Below are positions 10,313-21,996 of a stretch of DNA of 36,743 bases, one piece after another; within the stretch, counting starts at the first letter, position 1, and each line of letters opens with the position of its first letter. The position numbers were made by a program, and so were the translations under genes. This stretch comes from an uncultured Nitrososphaera sp. (GTDB lineage Archaea; Thermoproteota; Nitrososphaeria; Nitrososphaerales; Nitrososphaeraceae): the NCBI GenBank assembly GCA_964464485.1, contig CAYXGH010000001.1:1370-38112 (forward strand), given 5' to 3'. Below the pieces are notes generated by a model that did no database searches, was not told the origin of the DNA, and saw nothing but the letters and a program-made list of their open reading frames with translations.

Positions 10313-10428
10313 GTTCAAAAATGGAACGCTTTTTATACGGCATAAAAAAGAGTACCTTTTTTTTACTCTTGGTTTGTCCTAGCTAATGATCAAGACGTCC
10401 ATTTATTTGCACTACCCTTTTTGAACAC
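10313..10428. promoter_or_regulatory. Putative res-like recombinase-binding array
   Basis: Three imperfect dyads directly upstream of the serine recombinase: GTTCAAAAA..TTTTTATAC, GCATAAAAAAG-AGTAC-CTTTTTTTTAC and GTCCATTT..TTTTTGAAC. Confidence 0.4.
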
Positions 10429-10476
10429 TTTTCTTGACAAGGAGGTATAATTATATTGGAGCACCTAGAAGGGAAT

Positions 10477-11061
10477 ATGAAATATGCCTTTGCATACCTG
10501 CGTGTAAGCACAGAAGAACAGACTGTCCAGAATCAGAAGCTTGCTCTTGAAAAATGGGCACATGGAAACAATTACTTAATCCTGGACTCTTTTGAAGATC
10601 CTGCTATAAGTGGTAAGGTTCCCGCCACCCAAAGACGCGGATTTCAAGAAATGCTTGAGCTTGTAAAAATGACTGGAGTAGACGCCGTTTTAGTTTATGA
10701 GTTGTCACGCGTTGGAAGAACTTTCTGGGATACGCTAGATGCGATAAAGGCAGTAGAGCACTATGCCTCTTTGATTTCATGCTCACCCCGAGAATCATTT
10801 CTCCAAACCACAGAGTCCAGTATCAGAAAACTTATGATTGGTATCCTGACATGGGCTGCCGAGAGAGAACGTGAGCTTCTAGTCCAGAGGACAAAGGATG
10901 GCATGGACCGGGCCAAAGCTGCAGGAAAAGGCATTGGTCGGCCTCAAAAGATAATTGACAAGGATAATCTCATCACCCTGCTTGCAGAAAATCACTCGAA
11001 AGCAAGAATAGCGAAGAGTCTTGGCATCTCAAAAGCTACGCTGTACAAGAAATTGAGCGAG

Positions 11062-11070
<9 letters not shown>
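10477..11070 (+). CDS. Small serine recombinase (resolvase/invertase, Hin/Pin/Tn3 family)
   Basis: YLRVST catalytic Ser, QTVQNQ, DPAISG, LSRVGR, ERERELLVQRTKDG, GRP and C-terminal HTH SKARIAKSLGISKATLYK; ATG 10477 after a TATAATTATA box (alternative TTG 10456). Confidence 0.95.
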
Positions 11071-13672
<2,602 letters not shown>

Positions 13673-13724
13673 GGATATTGCATAGAAGCTACGTTTATTA
13701 AATCTGTCATAGACTACTGACTAC

Positions 13725-14156
13725 ATGGCTAGAAGGATTGCTATCGGTCTCCTTATTGCCTCTCTGATACTCCTGATAGTCTACGGAGCTGATGTAGCAG
13801 TTGCGGCATCATCCTCTCCCGAGATAGAGGGTTTCTTGCCTTTTGACGAGGCGGTTAGAGGGGGAGCCTTTGGCGGGGGCGCAGTCGTAATGTCAATAAT
13901 TGCATTCGTAATCGCTCGCAAGGAATATGCCCCTGCTGTTTCTGTGCTCTTGTTTGTTAACGGGGGCCTCATCGTTGCGGGAATGGTTGCGCTTGTTGCA
14001 CAGGGCGCACTTGCATCAGAAGATTCCTCAAGCACATTACGCACAATCGGCTCTACAATAGTAATGGGAGGAATCCTAGTAGGGCTGGGAGCATGGAAGC
14101 TTGTAACAGACAGAAAAGTACTCGCTACAAGGAGAAAAGAGCCGGCTCAGAAATGA
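13725..14156 (+). CDS. Membrane protein with about 4 TM segments
   Basis: Four hydrophobic stretches, basic C-terminal tail, TTTATTAA box upstream. Confidence 0.8.
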   Translation: MARRIAIGLLIASLILLIVYGADVAVAASSSPEIEGFLPFDEAVRGGAFGGGAVVMSIIAFVIARKEYAPAVSVLLFVNGGLIVAGMVALVAQGALASEDSSSTLRTIGSTIVMGGILVGLGAWKLVTDRKVLATRRKEPAQK

Positions 14157-14356
14157 AAAAGTGTATCAGTTCCGGACCTTACGCATGATGGACCTTTAAA
14201 GCAAATCCTAATGACTACAAGGTCTGTGAAAGATGGCGTCGGCCTCGATACGGGCATTTCGTCTTTACAATCCATGAAAGAAAAACCATCATGCGCGCGT
14301 GTGCCTGTACCCTAGCGAGTAACATTTTATACAATCTTGGTAAGTTAATTGGTGTC

Positions 14357-15040
14357 ATGAAGGCAGTAATTCTTGCTGGTGGTTTTGGAAAAAGGCTAAA
14401 GCCCCTTACCGACACAAGACCTAAGCCCATGATAGAGGTCTTAAATGTCCCAATTATCGAATGGCAGGTAAGATGGCTTAGGAAATTTGGCATAAAAGAT
14501 TTTGTCGCATGCGTGGGATATATGAAAGAGCAGATAATTGACCATATTGGCAACGGCGCCAGGTTTGATTCCCGAATCGACTATTCATTTGAGGAAAAGG
14601 CCCTCGGAACTGGTGGGGCACTTTTGAATGCGAAGGAGCTTGTATCCAACCAAGATTCATTTTTCGTGCTAAATGGAGATATTCTTACACAGCTTGACCC
14701 AAACAGGTTGAATATTGCAAATTCAAATGTCCTTGCGGTTGTTCCTCTCCGCAGCCAATTTGGAGTGGTTGAACTTGATGTGAATTCAACAGTCCGTGGA
14801 TTTATTGAAAAGCCAGAAATCCCTGACAGGTGGATTAACGCTGGCTTGTATCGCCTTACTCAAGAGGTTTTTAGATATCTGCCCCAAGAAGGCAACATCG
14901 AGGTTACTGCTCTGCCGGCACTAGCAAAAGAAGGAAGGCTCCAAGCTGTGAGATACAAAGATGTTTTCTGGCGCTCAATTGATTCTCACAAGGACATCGA
15001 GGAAGCATCCAAAGAGATGAAGGAAGCAAAACCATTATGA
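14357..15040 (+). CDS. NDP-sugar nucleotidyltransferase (mannose-1-phosphate guanylyltransferase-like)
   Basis: MKAVILAGGFGKRLKPLT..PKPM, LGTGGA, NGD, FIEKP, INAG. Confidence 0.92.
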   Translation: MKAVILAGGFGKRLKPLTDTRPKPMIEVLNVPIIEWQVRWLRKFGIKDFVACVGYMKEQIIDHIGNGARFDSRIDYSFEEKALGTGGALLNAKELVSNQDSFFVLNGDILTQLDPNRLNIANSNVLAVVPLRSQFGVVELDVNSTVRGFIEKPEIPDRWINAGLYRLTQEVFRYLPQEGNIEVTALPALAKEGRLQAVRYKDVFWRSIDSHKDIEEASKEMKEAKPL

Positions 15041-16017
15041 CTGCGGAAAAGCTGGGATACAGTCTCGGTCCCCTACTGTCCATGCATGAGATTCTTCTAT
15101 GCGCCAAGATAGCTGATCAGCAAGAAAATGTTGATTCATTATGGGTTCCGGAATCTTGGGGCCGAGAGTCATTTTCTACTCTTGGTGCCATGTCTCAGAT
15201 CACTAAAAAAGTACGGCTTGGGACGTCGATTGTTAACATTTATTCTAGGACGCCTGCAACTGTTGCCATGGCGGCGACCACCCTTGACATGCTTTCAAAT
15301 AAGAGGACAATTATCGGTCTTGGAGCAAGCACTGCAGCTATTGTTGAAAACTGGCATGGTGTACAGTTCAATAAGCCTGCCAGCCGTATGAAAGAGTACA
15401 TTGATTGCCTCAGGCTCATCAATAGAGGCGAAAAGGTAAAATATAATGGCGAATTTTTCAAAATAAACAATTTCAAGATATTGCACCGTCCCCAAAGAAC
15501 GCATATCCCAATTTTTATGGCCGCTGTCAACAAAAAAATGGTCTCTATCGCATCTGAGCTTGCGGATGGCACATTATTGTATTTGAGGCCGTTTGAAGAA
15601 TTGAAAAGGATCACAAGTGAATTGAAGCAGGCTACAAAAGGAAAAGGCTTTGAAATTGCTTGCTCTTTTATATGCGCGATATCGAATAAAGACCCAGAAA
15701 AAGCCAGAGATCGCGCAGCGACAACTCTTGCGTTTTATGTTGCAGTTGGAAAGTACTATAGCAAGTTTCTTGCAGAGAATGGCTTCAAGACTGAAGTTGA
15801 GGAGATAAATGCAGAGTATAGAAAGGCAGGTGCAAATAGTGCAGCAAAATTTGTTTCTGATAGGATGCTTAGCTCACTTGTAATTTGCGGTAGCAGCGAA
15901 GACTGCAGAGAATCACTTTCAAAATTTCTTTCGACAGGAATTACCCTACCCATTCTCCAGTTTAACCCTGTTGGTGACTCAGAAAGCTCATTTAAGGAGA
16001 TGCTATCAACCTTCTAG
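15037..16017 (+). CDS. LLM-class flavin/F420-dependent oxidoreductase (Mer-like)
   Basis: WVPESWGRE, LGTSIVNIYSRTPA, GLGAS, IPIFMAA, ADG; ATGA overlap with the upstream gene. Confidence 0.9.
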   Translation: MTAEKLGYSLGPLLSMHEILLCAKIADQQENVDSLWVPESWGRESFSTLGAMSQITKKVRLGTSIVNIYSRTPATVAMAATTLDMLSNKRTIIGLGASTAAIVENWHGVQFNKPASRMKEYIDCLRLINRGEKVKYNGEFFKINNFKILHRPQRTHIPIFMAAVNKKMVSIASELADGTLLYLRPFEELKRITSELKQATKGKGFEIACSFICAISNKDPEKARDRAATTLAFYVAVGKYYSKFLAENGFKTEVEEINAEYRKAGANSAAKFVSDRMLSSLVICGSSEDCRESLSKFLSTGITLPILQFNPVGDSESSFKEMLSTF

Positions 16018-16018
16018 A

Positions 16019-17116
16019 ATGCGCAAGGTAGCAGTGTCCTCATGGGCAACCTCAACATTTACCAAAGGCTCAAAGATGTCTTTATTTGAGCTGGCCTGTG
16101 AGCCTTCAGTACAGCTAATAAGGGAGAGCGGCATTTCTGCAAAGGAAATTGATGCTGTCTTGTTTTCTAGCTGTGCGACTGATCAATATAGCTCTGCGAT
16201 AATATCTGAAATGCTTGGTATACATCCAAGGATTTCATATCGCATAGACAATCTCTGCAATTCAGGCACCAATGCTGTGGCTTCTGCTTTTGCAATTATT
16301 GCGTCCGGTTTATGTAATACGGTACTCGTCGTTGGCGCAGAAAAAATAGACAGCCCTGGTAACAAGCTGTTGTGGGACGTCACTCGGGGATCTTTTATGT
16401 TTCCAGTACACTGGGCCGCAATATTTGCGAAAGCCCACATGAGAAAATACGGCACAACTGAAGAACAGATGGCTATGGTTTCTGTTAAGAACCATAAAAA
16501 CGCCACTAAAAATCCTCTCGCCCTTTTTGGAAAGGAAGTTGGCTTACAAGAAGTGATGAATTCAAAAAAGATAGCCTCTCCTATCAAACTACTAGACTGT
16601 TCTGCCCCATGCGAGGGTGCCTCTGCGATACTATTAGTATCTGAAGAAAAAGTACGCAGTCTAGACAACCCTGTCTTTATAAAGGGAATAGGTCAGCAAA
16701 CAACCTCAGCCAGCTTTGCAAAAGCGACAGCTGACCTCACAACAATTGAGGCGGCCAGGCGGGCCGCTCATTCAGCTTTTGAGATGTCGCATATAAAACT
16801 ATCGCAGATAGATGTGGCAGAACTGCATGATGCTTTTACAATTCTTGAAATCTTGGCATATGAAGACCTAGGGTTTGCAAAGAAGGGCGAAGGAGGAAAA
16901 TTCGTCAACCAAGAGCAAATAGTGATAAACCCAAGAGGAGGTATAATTGGATGCGGCCATCCTGTCGGAGCCACTGGCGTGGCGCAAGTTGCCGAAATCA
17001 CATCTCAGCTTGCTGGGAAAGCGGGAAAGAGGCAAGTAAAGAACTGCAAGACCGGGCTTGTTCACAATCTAGCTGCAGCTGGCTCTTCAGCGTCAGTGAT
17101 TGTCATGGGTGTGTGA
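16019..17116 (+). CDS. Thiolase family protein (archaeal/SCP2-type acetyl-CoA acetyltransferase)
   Basis: NLCNSG catalytic Cys, VKNHKNA..NP, ELHDAFT, GHPVGATG, HN. Confidence 0.92.
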   Translation: MRKVAVSSWATSTFTKGSKMSLFELACEPSVQLIRESGISAKEIDAVLFSSCATDQYSSAIISEMLGIHPRISYRIDNLCNSGTNAVASAFAIIASGLCNTVLVVGAEKIDSPGNKLLWDVTRGSFMFPVHWAAIFAKAHMRKYGTTEEQMAMVSVKNHKNATKNPLALFGKEVGLQEVMNSKKIASPIKLLDCSAPCEGASAILLVSEEKVRSLDNPVFIKGIGQQTTSASFAKATADLTTIEAARRAAHSAFEMSHIKLSQIDVAELHDAFTILEILAYEDLGFAKKGEGGKFVNQEQIVINPRGGIIGCGHPVGATGVAQVAEITSQLAGKAGKRQVKNCKTGLVHNLAAAGSSASVIVMGV

Positions 17117-17462
17117 TGATCTCTTGCAGGAGTTCATTGAAAACTTGAATAAAGGTGAATTTCGGCTGCCAGTCTGTACCTCCTGCAAGGCTAAAGTATG
17201 GCCGCCATCTCGTTATTGCCCTCTATGTCTTTCAAAGACATCACTTCAAATTATTGATACTAGCGGAACTTTGGTACATTTCACACAGTCATACCTCAAA
17301 GGCATGGAAGGTTGCTATGGTCTTGTTGAAATGTCAGGAATTAAACTCATTGGATCGTTTGAGACCTTCGAATTGAGAGAGGGCTTAAAGGTGAAAATGG
17401 TCAGGTGCGGGGTGAGGCCAGATGGGATTCCATATTACTTTTTTAAACCAATCACGGGCTGA
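17100..17462 (+). CDS. DUF35-type Zn-ribbon/OB-fold thiolase partner
   Basis: CTSC..WPP..CPLC followed by an OB-fold-like segment; overlaps the thiolase end. Confidence 0.85.
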   Translation: MSWVCDDLLQEFIENLNKGEFRLPVCTSCKAKVWPPSRYCPLCLSKTSLQIIDTSGTLVHFTQSYLKGMEGCYGLVEMSGIKLIGSFETFELREGLKVKMVRCGVRPDGIPYYFFKPITG

Positions 17463-17505
17463 CATTAATATACGCTAGCGAATAACCCTCTAGGATGGAT
17501 ATACC

Positions 17506-17865
17506 ATGAGTTATGACCGGTTCGTTGACGATAGGCTCCTTACAAGCCGTGATGCTCTCAACAGGCTGCAGATTAAAATGAAAGTACTTCAAATTGACGA
17601 AAATGCCCGTGATTTTTCACAGCGCTTTGGGCGCAGGGTGCTTGTCCAAAAGGTACTTTTGACTATCAAATACAATGATACTGAAGAAATCGAAGAGAAG
17701 GAGCTTGACGTAGAGGAGATTGAAAAGAGGATAAGAAAAGAAAGGCTCTTCAGTTCGTCGAATCGCTGGCTTGCTTCAAGTGATATCAAGAATGGTTATG
17801 TGGTTGCAAGCCATCACCTCGATTTGCTTGCTGACGCGATTGCGCTTGATATAATTTCGATATAA
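17506..17865 (+). CDS. Hypothetical protein (119 aa)
   Basis: Clean ATG ORF with TTAATATA upstream; protein-like composition. Confidence 0.75.
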   Translation: MSYDRFVDDRLLTSRDALNRLQIKMKVLQIDENARDFSQRFGRRVLVQKVLLTIKYNDTEEIEEKELDVEEIEKRIRKERLFSSSNRWLASSDIKNGYVVASHHLDLLADAIALDIISI

Positions 17866-17868
17866 GAA

Positions 17869-17894
17869 CATTTCAAAAATCGATTTTTGAAATA
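17869..17894. repeat. 26-bp palindrome copy 3 (CATTTCAAAAATCGATTTTTGAAATA)
   Basis: Perfect 24-bp inner dyad; 21/26 identical to copy 2, with 4 of the 5 differences compensatory; 3 bp after a stop codon. Confidence 0.8.
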
Positions 17895-17985
17895 TTGCGT
17901 TAGGAGCTTGTTCACCTATACCCAGGGGTTTTAGGCTAAAACCTATGATGGACTCCAAAAAGAACAATTATGATTATAATCATAG

Positions 17986-18092
17986 CGCCGCTCGTCAGAC
18001 TCGAACTGACGACCCACTGGTTAACAGCCAGTTAAGCTTCGGAGCACAATACCGCGCAGCGAATTTGCTCTACCATGCTGAGCTAGAGCGGC
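17986..18092 (-). tRNA. tRNA-Asn(GTT) with a 33-nt non-canonical intron (18032..18064)
   Basis: Acceptor GCCGCTC/GAGCGGC+G, D arm GCTC..GAGC, anticodon arm ACTGG-CTGTTAA-CCAGT, T arm GTCAG-TTCGAGT-CTGAC; no encoded CCA. Confidence 0.93.
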
Positions 18093-18138
18093 GCACTATT
18101 ACAGCAAATCCAAGGACAAAATAAATCTTTGGGCTTGA

Positions 18139-18699
18139 TTACTTATCCATACCTTCCTCTTTAGAGTATATGTAAAGCCCGTCGAGGAACACTCGCTGGT
18201 CTTTCCCTTTTGTCTTAGTCGATAGTTCAATGTTAGCGGCCGTCTGGGAAACATCCTCTAGGCTTGGGCCCTGAATGACGACATCCTCTCCGACGACGCT
18301 CACCTTAGTAGCATCTCCTATTATTTGGGAGATCCTTGCCGACCTTTCGCCGTAAAAGTTCTCGACATGTACCTCTTTCCCCTTTACTTTGACAGAAATT
18401 GGAAAGTGTGCAAATATGATCTTAAGCCTATATGTATAGCCCTTCTCCACACCTTTTATCATTCCCGTGATTACGCTGCGCGCGGTATTTGTCACAGCAA
18501 GGTCGCGCTTTCGCGTTCCATAGGGTTTTATTGTTATCTTATTGCCTTCTACTGTCACGGTAGCTGGAAGCTTTGTGAAATCCTTCTTTACTTTGCCAAT
18601 TTTGCCCTTGACCTCTATGAGGTTACCTTCCTTTCTTATCGTGACACTAGCAGGAGCTTCAACTTGTGCTGCTATTTCCTGCTCAGTAGACGTAGCCAA
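18139..18699 (-). CDS. rpl6: 50S ribosomal protein L6 (uL6)
   Basis: IKGVEKGY, AHFPI, ENFYGER, KDQRVFLDGLY; probable TTG start at 18699 after GGAGGAG. Confidence 0.95.
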   Translation of the reverse strand: MATSTEQEIAAQVEAPASVTIRKEGNLIEVKGKIGKVKKDFTKLPATVTVEGNKITIKPYGTRKRDLAVTNTARSVITGMIKGVEKGYTYRLKIIFAHFPISVKVKGKEVHVENFYGERSARISQIIGDATKVSVVGEDVVIQGPSLEDVSQTAANIELSTKTKGKDQRVFLDGLYIYSKEEGMDK

Positions 18700-19075
18700 C
18701 CAAAACTCCTCCGAGGTTCTGTGCCTGTGCTTCATGGTGAGACATAATACCTTTGCTGGTGGATACAAGAAGTATGCCCATCGTGTACGCCGGCAGAAAC
18801 TGTCTTTCCCAACCAAAGTATCCGTTCTTTTTAACTGAAAAGCGTGGCGTAACGATGCCGCACTTGTTTATCTTGGCTAAAAGCTGAATTCTAAACTTGC
18901 CGGCTCTGCCGTCGTCAATCTGCTCAAACTCCCCGATGTAGCGATGTTTCTGCATCACTCGCAGCACTTCGCTCGCAAACTTGGATGCAGGGACTACTAT
19001 GCACTCCCTTTTTCTCCTCGACTCGTTATTGTAAATGGTTGTAAAGAGGTTAGATAGAATATTTAATGCTGGCAT
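18683..19075 (-). CDS. rps8: 30S ribosomal protein S8 (uS8)
   Basis: YIGEFEQIDDGRAGKF, INKCG, STSKGIMSH. Confidence 0.97.
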   Translation of the reverse strand: MPALNILSNLFTTIYNNESRRKRECIVVPASKFASEVLRVMQKHRYIGEFEQIDDGRAGKFRIQLLAKINKCGIVTPRFSVKKNGYFGWERQFLPAYTMGILLVSTSKGIMSHHEAQAQNLGGVLVGYVY

Positions 19076-19091
19076 TTTCTTCTTTCTTCAC

Positions 19092-19271
19092 CTACTCGTA
19101 CTTAGTAAATCCTATGCTATTAGCAACTTCTCTAAAGCACTGCCTGCAAAGCATCAAGTTGTATGTGCGTATCAGTCCATTATATGAACCACACCTTTTG
19201 CACCACCTTCCTCCCTTCCCATGCGTAAGCTTCTTTCTTCCCGTTAGTTCATACTCTCTGGGCTTTGGCAT
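19092..19271 (-). CDS. rps14: 30S ribosomal protein S14 (uS14, Zn type)
   Basis: [18 protein letters not shown]; start probably MPKPRE. Confidence 0.95.
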   Translation of the reverse strand: MPKPREYELTGRKKLTHGKGGRWCKRCGSYNGLIRTYNLMLCRQCFREVANSIGFTKYE

Positions 19272-19275
19272 TTGT

Positions 19276-19806
19276 TTATTCAACCTCTACTCCATATTCC
19301 TGTTTAAAGAACTCTACTGCCTCTTCTCTGTTTATCCTGTGTGCCTTGCCTATCTTGGCGCTCCTTCTGCTCTTTGTAGCAATCCTATATCCAGGTCTGT
19401 TAAGCACAATGTTAACGTCCATGCCAAAGATACCGATCTCAGGATTGTACTTTGTACCTGGGATGTCAATGTGCTCATGTATGCCAACAGAGATATTACC
19501 ATAATTATCAAATGATGTCGCTTTGAGCACATTCTTCTTCGCTGCTATTACTCGTTTTAGGAATTCAATTGCCGGCTCTCGCCTGAGGGTCACAACCACC
19601 CCTATGGGCTCACCCTTGTGAATACCGAAGTCCCTCACAGTCTTTTTCGCCCCACGTACAGCTGGCTGTTGATTTGTCAGCTCAAGCAGAGCATTCTTTG
19701 CTTTGTCTATGGGCTCGCCGGACCTCCCGACTCCAATGTTTATCACTACCTTATGGACGTTTATCCTTTTCATGTCATGTTGCTGCCGTATTTGTTGCTG
19801 GCTCAA
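19276..19806 (-). CDS. rpl5: 50S ribosomal protein L5 (uL5)
   Basis: [36 protein letters not shown]. Confidence 0.97.
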   Translation of the reverse strand: MSQQQIRQQHDMKRINVHKVVINIGVGRSGEPIDKAKNALLELTNQQPAVRGAKKTVRDFGIHKGEPIGVVVTLRREPAIEFLKRVIAAKKNVLKATSFDNYGNISVGIHEHIDIPGTKYNPEIGIFGMDVNIVLNRPGYRIATKSRRSAKIGKAHRINREEAVEFFKQEYGVEVE

Positions 19807-19807
19807 C

Positions 19808-20521
19808 TTAACTCACCCTAATCACTGGTCTGTCAGTTCCAACAGCTATTACCATTTCAACTGGCAATTCTACAGATTTATCGTCAAAAGAAACAAGTGC
19901 TCGCTTTGGAAGAGAGAATACCCCGTCTTGAATGTCTTCAATCCTGCCTACCACACCAGCATTTTCGCCTGTGATGATAAGCGCTATAGCGCCTTTTTCA
20001 AAAGCAATATGATTGGTGATATCGACCGCCGGCAGACTGACAACACAGCTGTCACCAACCTTCAGATTTTGGTCGCTTATGAGTGTCTTGCTATCATGGA
20101 AGCCGTATTGCATCTTGTTGCCTTTAATACTGGTCTTGCTTGTAATCTTGATCAGTTTCAATCCCTTTTCTGTCTCCTCAATTGCAGTTGGAGACAATGA
20201 GACTCCATTCTTTGGAACCATCCTGTATGCTTGACCCATCGCTAGCTCCACTACGTCCATCAATCCAATAGCAAAATTGGGATCGCGTCTTATCACTCCG
20301 TCCACTTTGATTTTACCGGCCTTCAAAATCCTGTCTACTTCATATCCTGTACTTGCAACCTTGAGCACATCACGCAAGACAATGCCTAGAGGATAGGCCC
20401 TCTTCCCAGGGTGAGGCCCTGGGTTGACTCTCATGACAAACCGACCTTCTTTCCTCTTAATGGCCCAGAAGGTGGGTGCTAACTGTCTTTTTATTCTAGT
20501 ATCACGACCTTTCTTGCCCAT
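19808..20521 (-). CDS. rps4e: 30S ribosomal protein S4e (eS4)
   Basis: KRQLAP, PGPH, LRDVLK, VDGVIRRD, GLMDVV. Confidence 0.96.
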   Translation of the reverse strand: MGKKGRDTRIKRQLAPTFWAIKRKEGRFVMRVNPGPHPGKRAYPLGIVLRDVLKVASTGYEVDRILKAGKIKVDGVIRRDPNFAIGLMDVVELAMGQAYRMVPKNGVSLSPTAIEETEKGLKLIKITSKTSIKGNKMQYGFHDSKTLISDQNLKVGDSCVVSLPAVDITNHIAFEKGAIALIITGENAGVVGRIEDIQDGVFSLPKRALVSFDDKSVELPVEMVIAVGTDRPVIRVS

Positions 20522-20940
20522 TATTCATTACTTTGCTCCTTTTTATTCTCTTTTTCTTCCTTTTTTTCGGAAGAAGCTGCTGACTCTGCCTTAGTTGCTC
20601 CCTGGAGCTTTCTTGATCTATAGTCGTCGTCAAGATTTAGAGATATAACCATCACGTTTGAAGAATGAATTGGGACCTTGACCTGACCTCCGCGGATCTT
20701 TTCTCTCTGGATACCTTCAATATGAAATGTCGCATGCTCAGTGTTTACCTTCTCGACTTTGCCTTCTACACCCTTGTATTCTCCTCGCATTATCCGGACA
20801 GAATCACCCTTGACCACACGTATGTTCTTTCTTCCATACTGTTTGCGCAGCGAGTCTTCTAGTACAGCGCCAACCATCTTATCGCGCTGGTGCTTAGGAA
20901 TATGGATTAGTTTTGGATTAATACCTGCCATAATTTTCAC
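20521..20940 (-). CDS. rpl24: 50S ribosomal protein L24 (uL24)
   Basis: LRKQYG, VKGDSVRIMRG (KOW), PIHSSNV. Confidence 0.96.
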   Translation of the reverse strand: MKIMAGINPKLIHIPKHQRDKMVGAVLEDSLRKQYGRKNIRVVKGDSVRIMRGEYKGVEGKVEKVNTEHATFHIEGIQREKIRGGQVKVPIHSSNVMVISLNLDDDYRSRKLQGATKAESAASSEKKEEKENKKEQSNE

Positions 20941-21381
20941 CTATACTATCATGCCCGCCAAGTTGGCTATTCTTGGCCACTTCTCTGCAGCCTCTGATGC
21001 TACTGGTCCCTTAATGTCTGTTCCTTTGATTTCGCCTTCCTGCGTCACGAGAACTGCTGCATTGTCTTCAAATGCTACACGCACACCGTTAAGTCTCCTT
21101 ATTGGGTACTTCTGCCTGACGATGACTGCACCAAAAATCTGCTTGCGCAGCTCTGCTGGACCTTTCTTGACAGTCACAGTAACGAAATCACCAACTGCTG
21201 CTGCCGGCTGCCTAGAGTGCCTTCCTTTGTACCTTGTCACTTGAGCAACGCGCAATATCTTCGCACCGGTATTGTCAGTGCATACTAGGCTTGCTGTAAC
21301 TGGAATGGCCCTTGTAATATAGGGGCGGAACTCCTCTACTCCCTTTGCAGAAACTGCTCTTGACTTAGATCCTGCCGCCAT
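20941..21381 (-). CDS. rpl14: 50S ribosomal protein L14 (uL14)
   Basis: DNTGAK, VTVKKG, FEDNAAV, KGPVA. Confidence 0.97.
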   Translation of the reverse strand: MAAGSKSRAVSAKGVEEFRPYITRAIPVTASLVCTDNTGAKILRVAQVTRYKGRHSRQPAAAVGDFVTVTVKKGPAELRKQIFGAVIVRQKYPIRRLNGVRVAFEDNAAVLVTQEGEIKGTDIKGPVASEAAEKWPRIANLAGMIV

Positions 21382-21706
21382 CCTTTGTGTTCACCTCAAT
21401 CACCACAAATGAAACTGTCTTAGCAAGTCGTCTGCACTCTGCAATCCTTACCTCCTCTCCCTCTTTGACCTCGAGGCAGGATGGAAGATACGCATGCACT
21501 TTCGATTTGCTTCTCTGAAAACGCTTGTACTTTGCAACCCCTCTAGGGTATTCTCTTGATACTACGACCATCTTAGGTGCCTTTGCACTTGATACGGTGC
21601 CTGCCAACAATTTGCCTCTTACAGGCAGTGTACCGTGGAATGGACAGAACTCGTCTTCACAAGCCTTCCGAGGGGAAGCAACTGAGACACCAATATTTCT
21701 AACCAT
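21365..21706 (-). CDS. rps17: 30S ribosomal protein S17 (uS17)
   Basis: CPFHG, VRG, KYKRF, IAECRRLAKTVSF. Confidence 0.96.
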   Translation of the reverse strand: MVRNIGVSVASPRKACEDEFCPFHGTLPVRGKLLAGTVSSAKAPKMVVVSREYPRGVAKYKRFQRSKSKVHAYLPSCLEVKEGEEVRIAECRRLAKTVSFVVIEVNTKDGGRI

Positions 21707-21717
21707 AATTTATTATA

Positions 21718-21996
21718 TCACCCATTGTTTAACCGTGAAAGACGAGCCTCAGGTCTTCCTATCAATGCAGAACCACTTATAAAGCAAGCGCAAGAAGGTG
21801 TTTGAAGCTGGAGCCTTTTTGCTGCCCTTTTTGCTACCTGCCTTACAATGGAATCTTTCCTTATGAATATTGTATTCTTCGTTTCAAATACAATTGTGCC
21901 GACGATGTCCTGTAAAGTTGAATCCGATGATTCAAGTATTTTTGCTGGAAGGCCCACGATCCCACGCAATAGAACATTTTCACAGTTTCGAGTCAT
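21718..21996 (-). CDS. rnp1: Ribonuclease P protein p29 (POP4/Rpp29)
   Basis: IVGL, GTIVFETKNT, LIGRPEARL; canonical position between L29 and S17. Confidence 0.88.
   Translation of the reverse strand: MTRNCENVLLRGIVGLPAKILESSDSTLQDIVGTIVFETKNTIFIRKDSIVRQVAKRAAKRLQLQTPSCACFISGSALIGRPEARLSRLNNG

Noticed and set aside
10434-10451. TTGACA and TATAAT upstream of the recombinase, suggesting a bacterial sigma70 promoter
   Set aside because: Only 6 bp apart rather than about 17; TATAATTATA fits an archaeal TATA box for ATG 10477.
18700-18816. N-terminal extension of L6 overlapping S8, and similar extensions of L29, p29, purC and the thiolase
   Set aside because: Over-extended starts; downstream starts match expected family lengths and SD/TATA positions.
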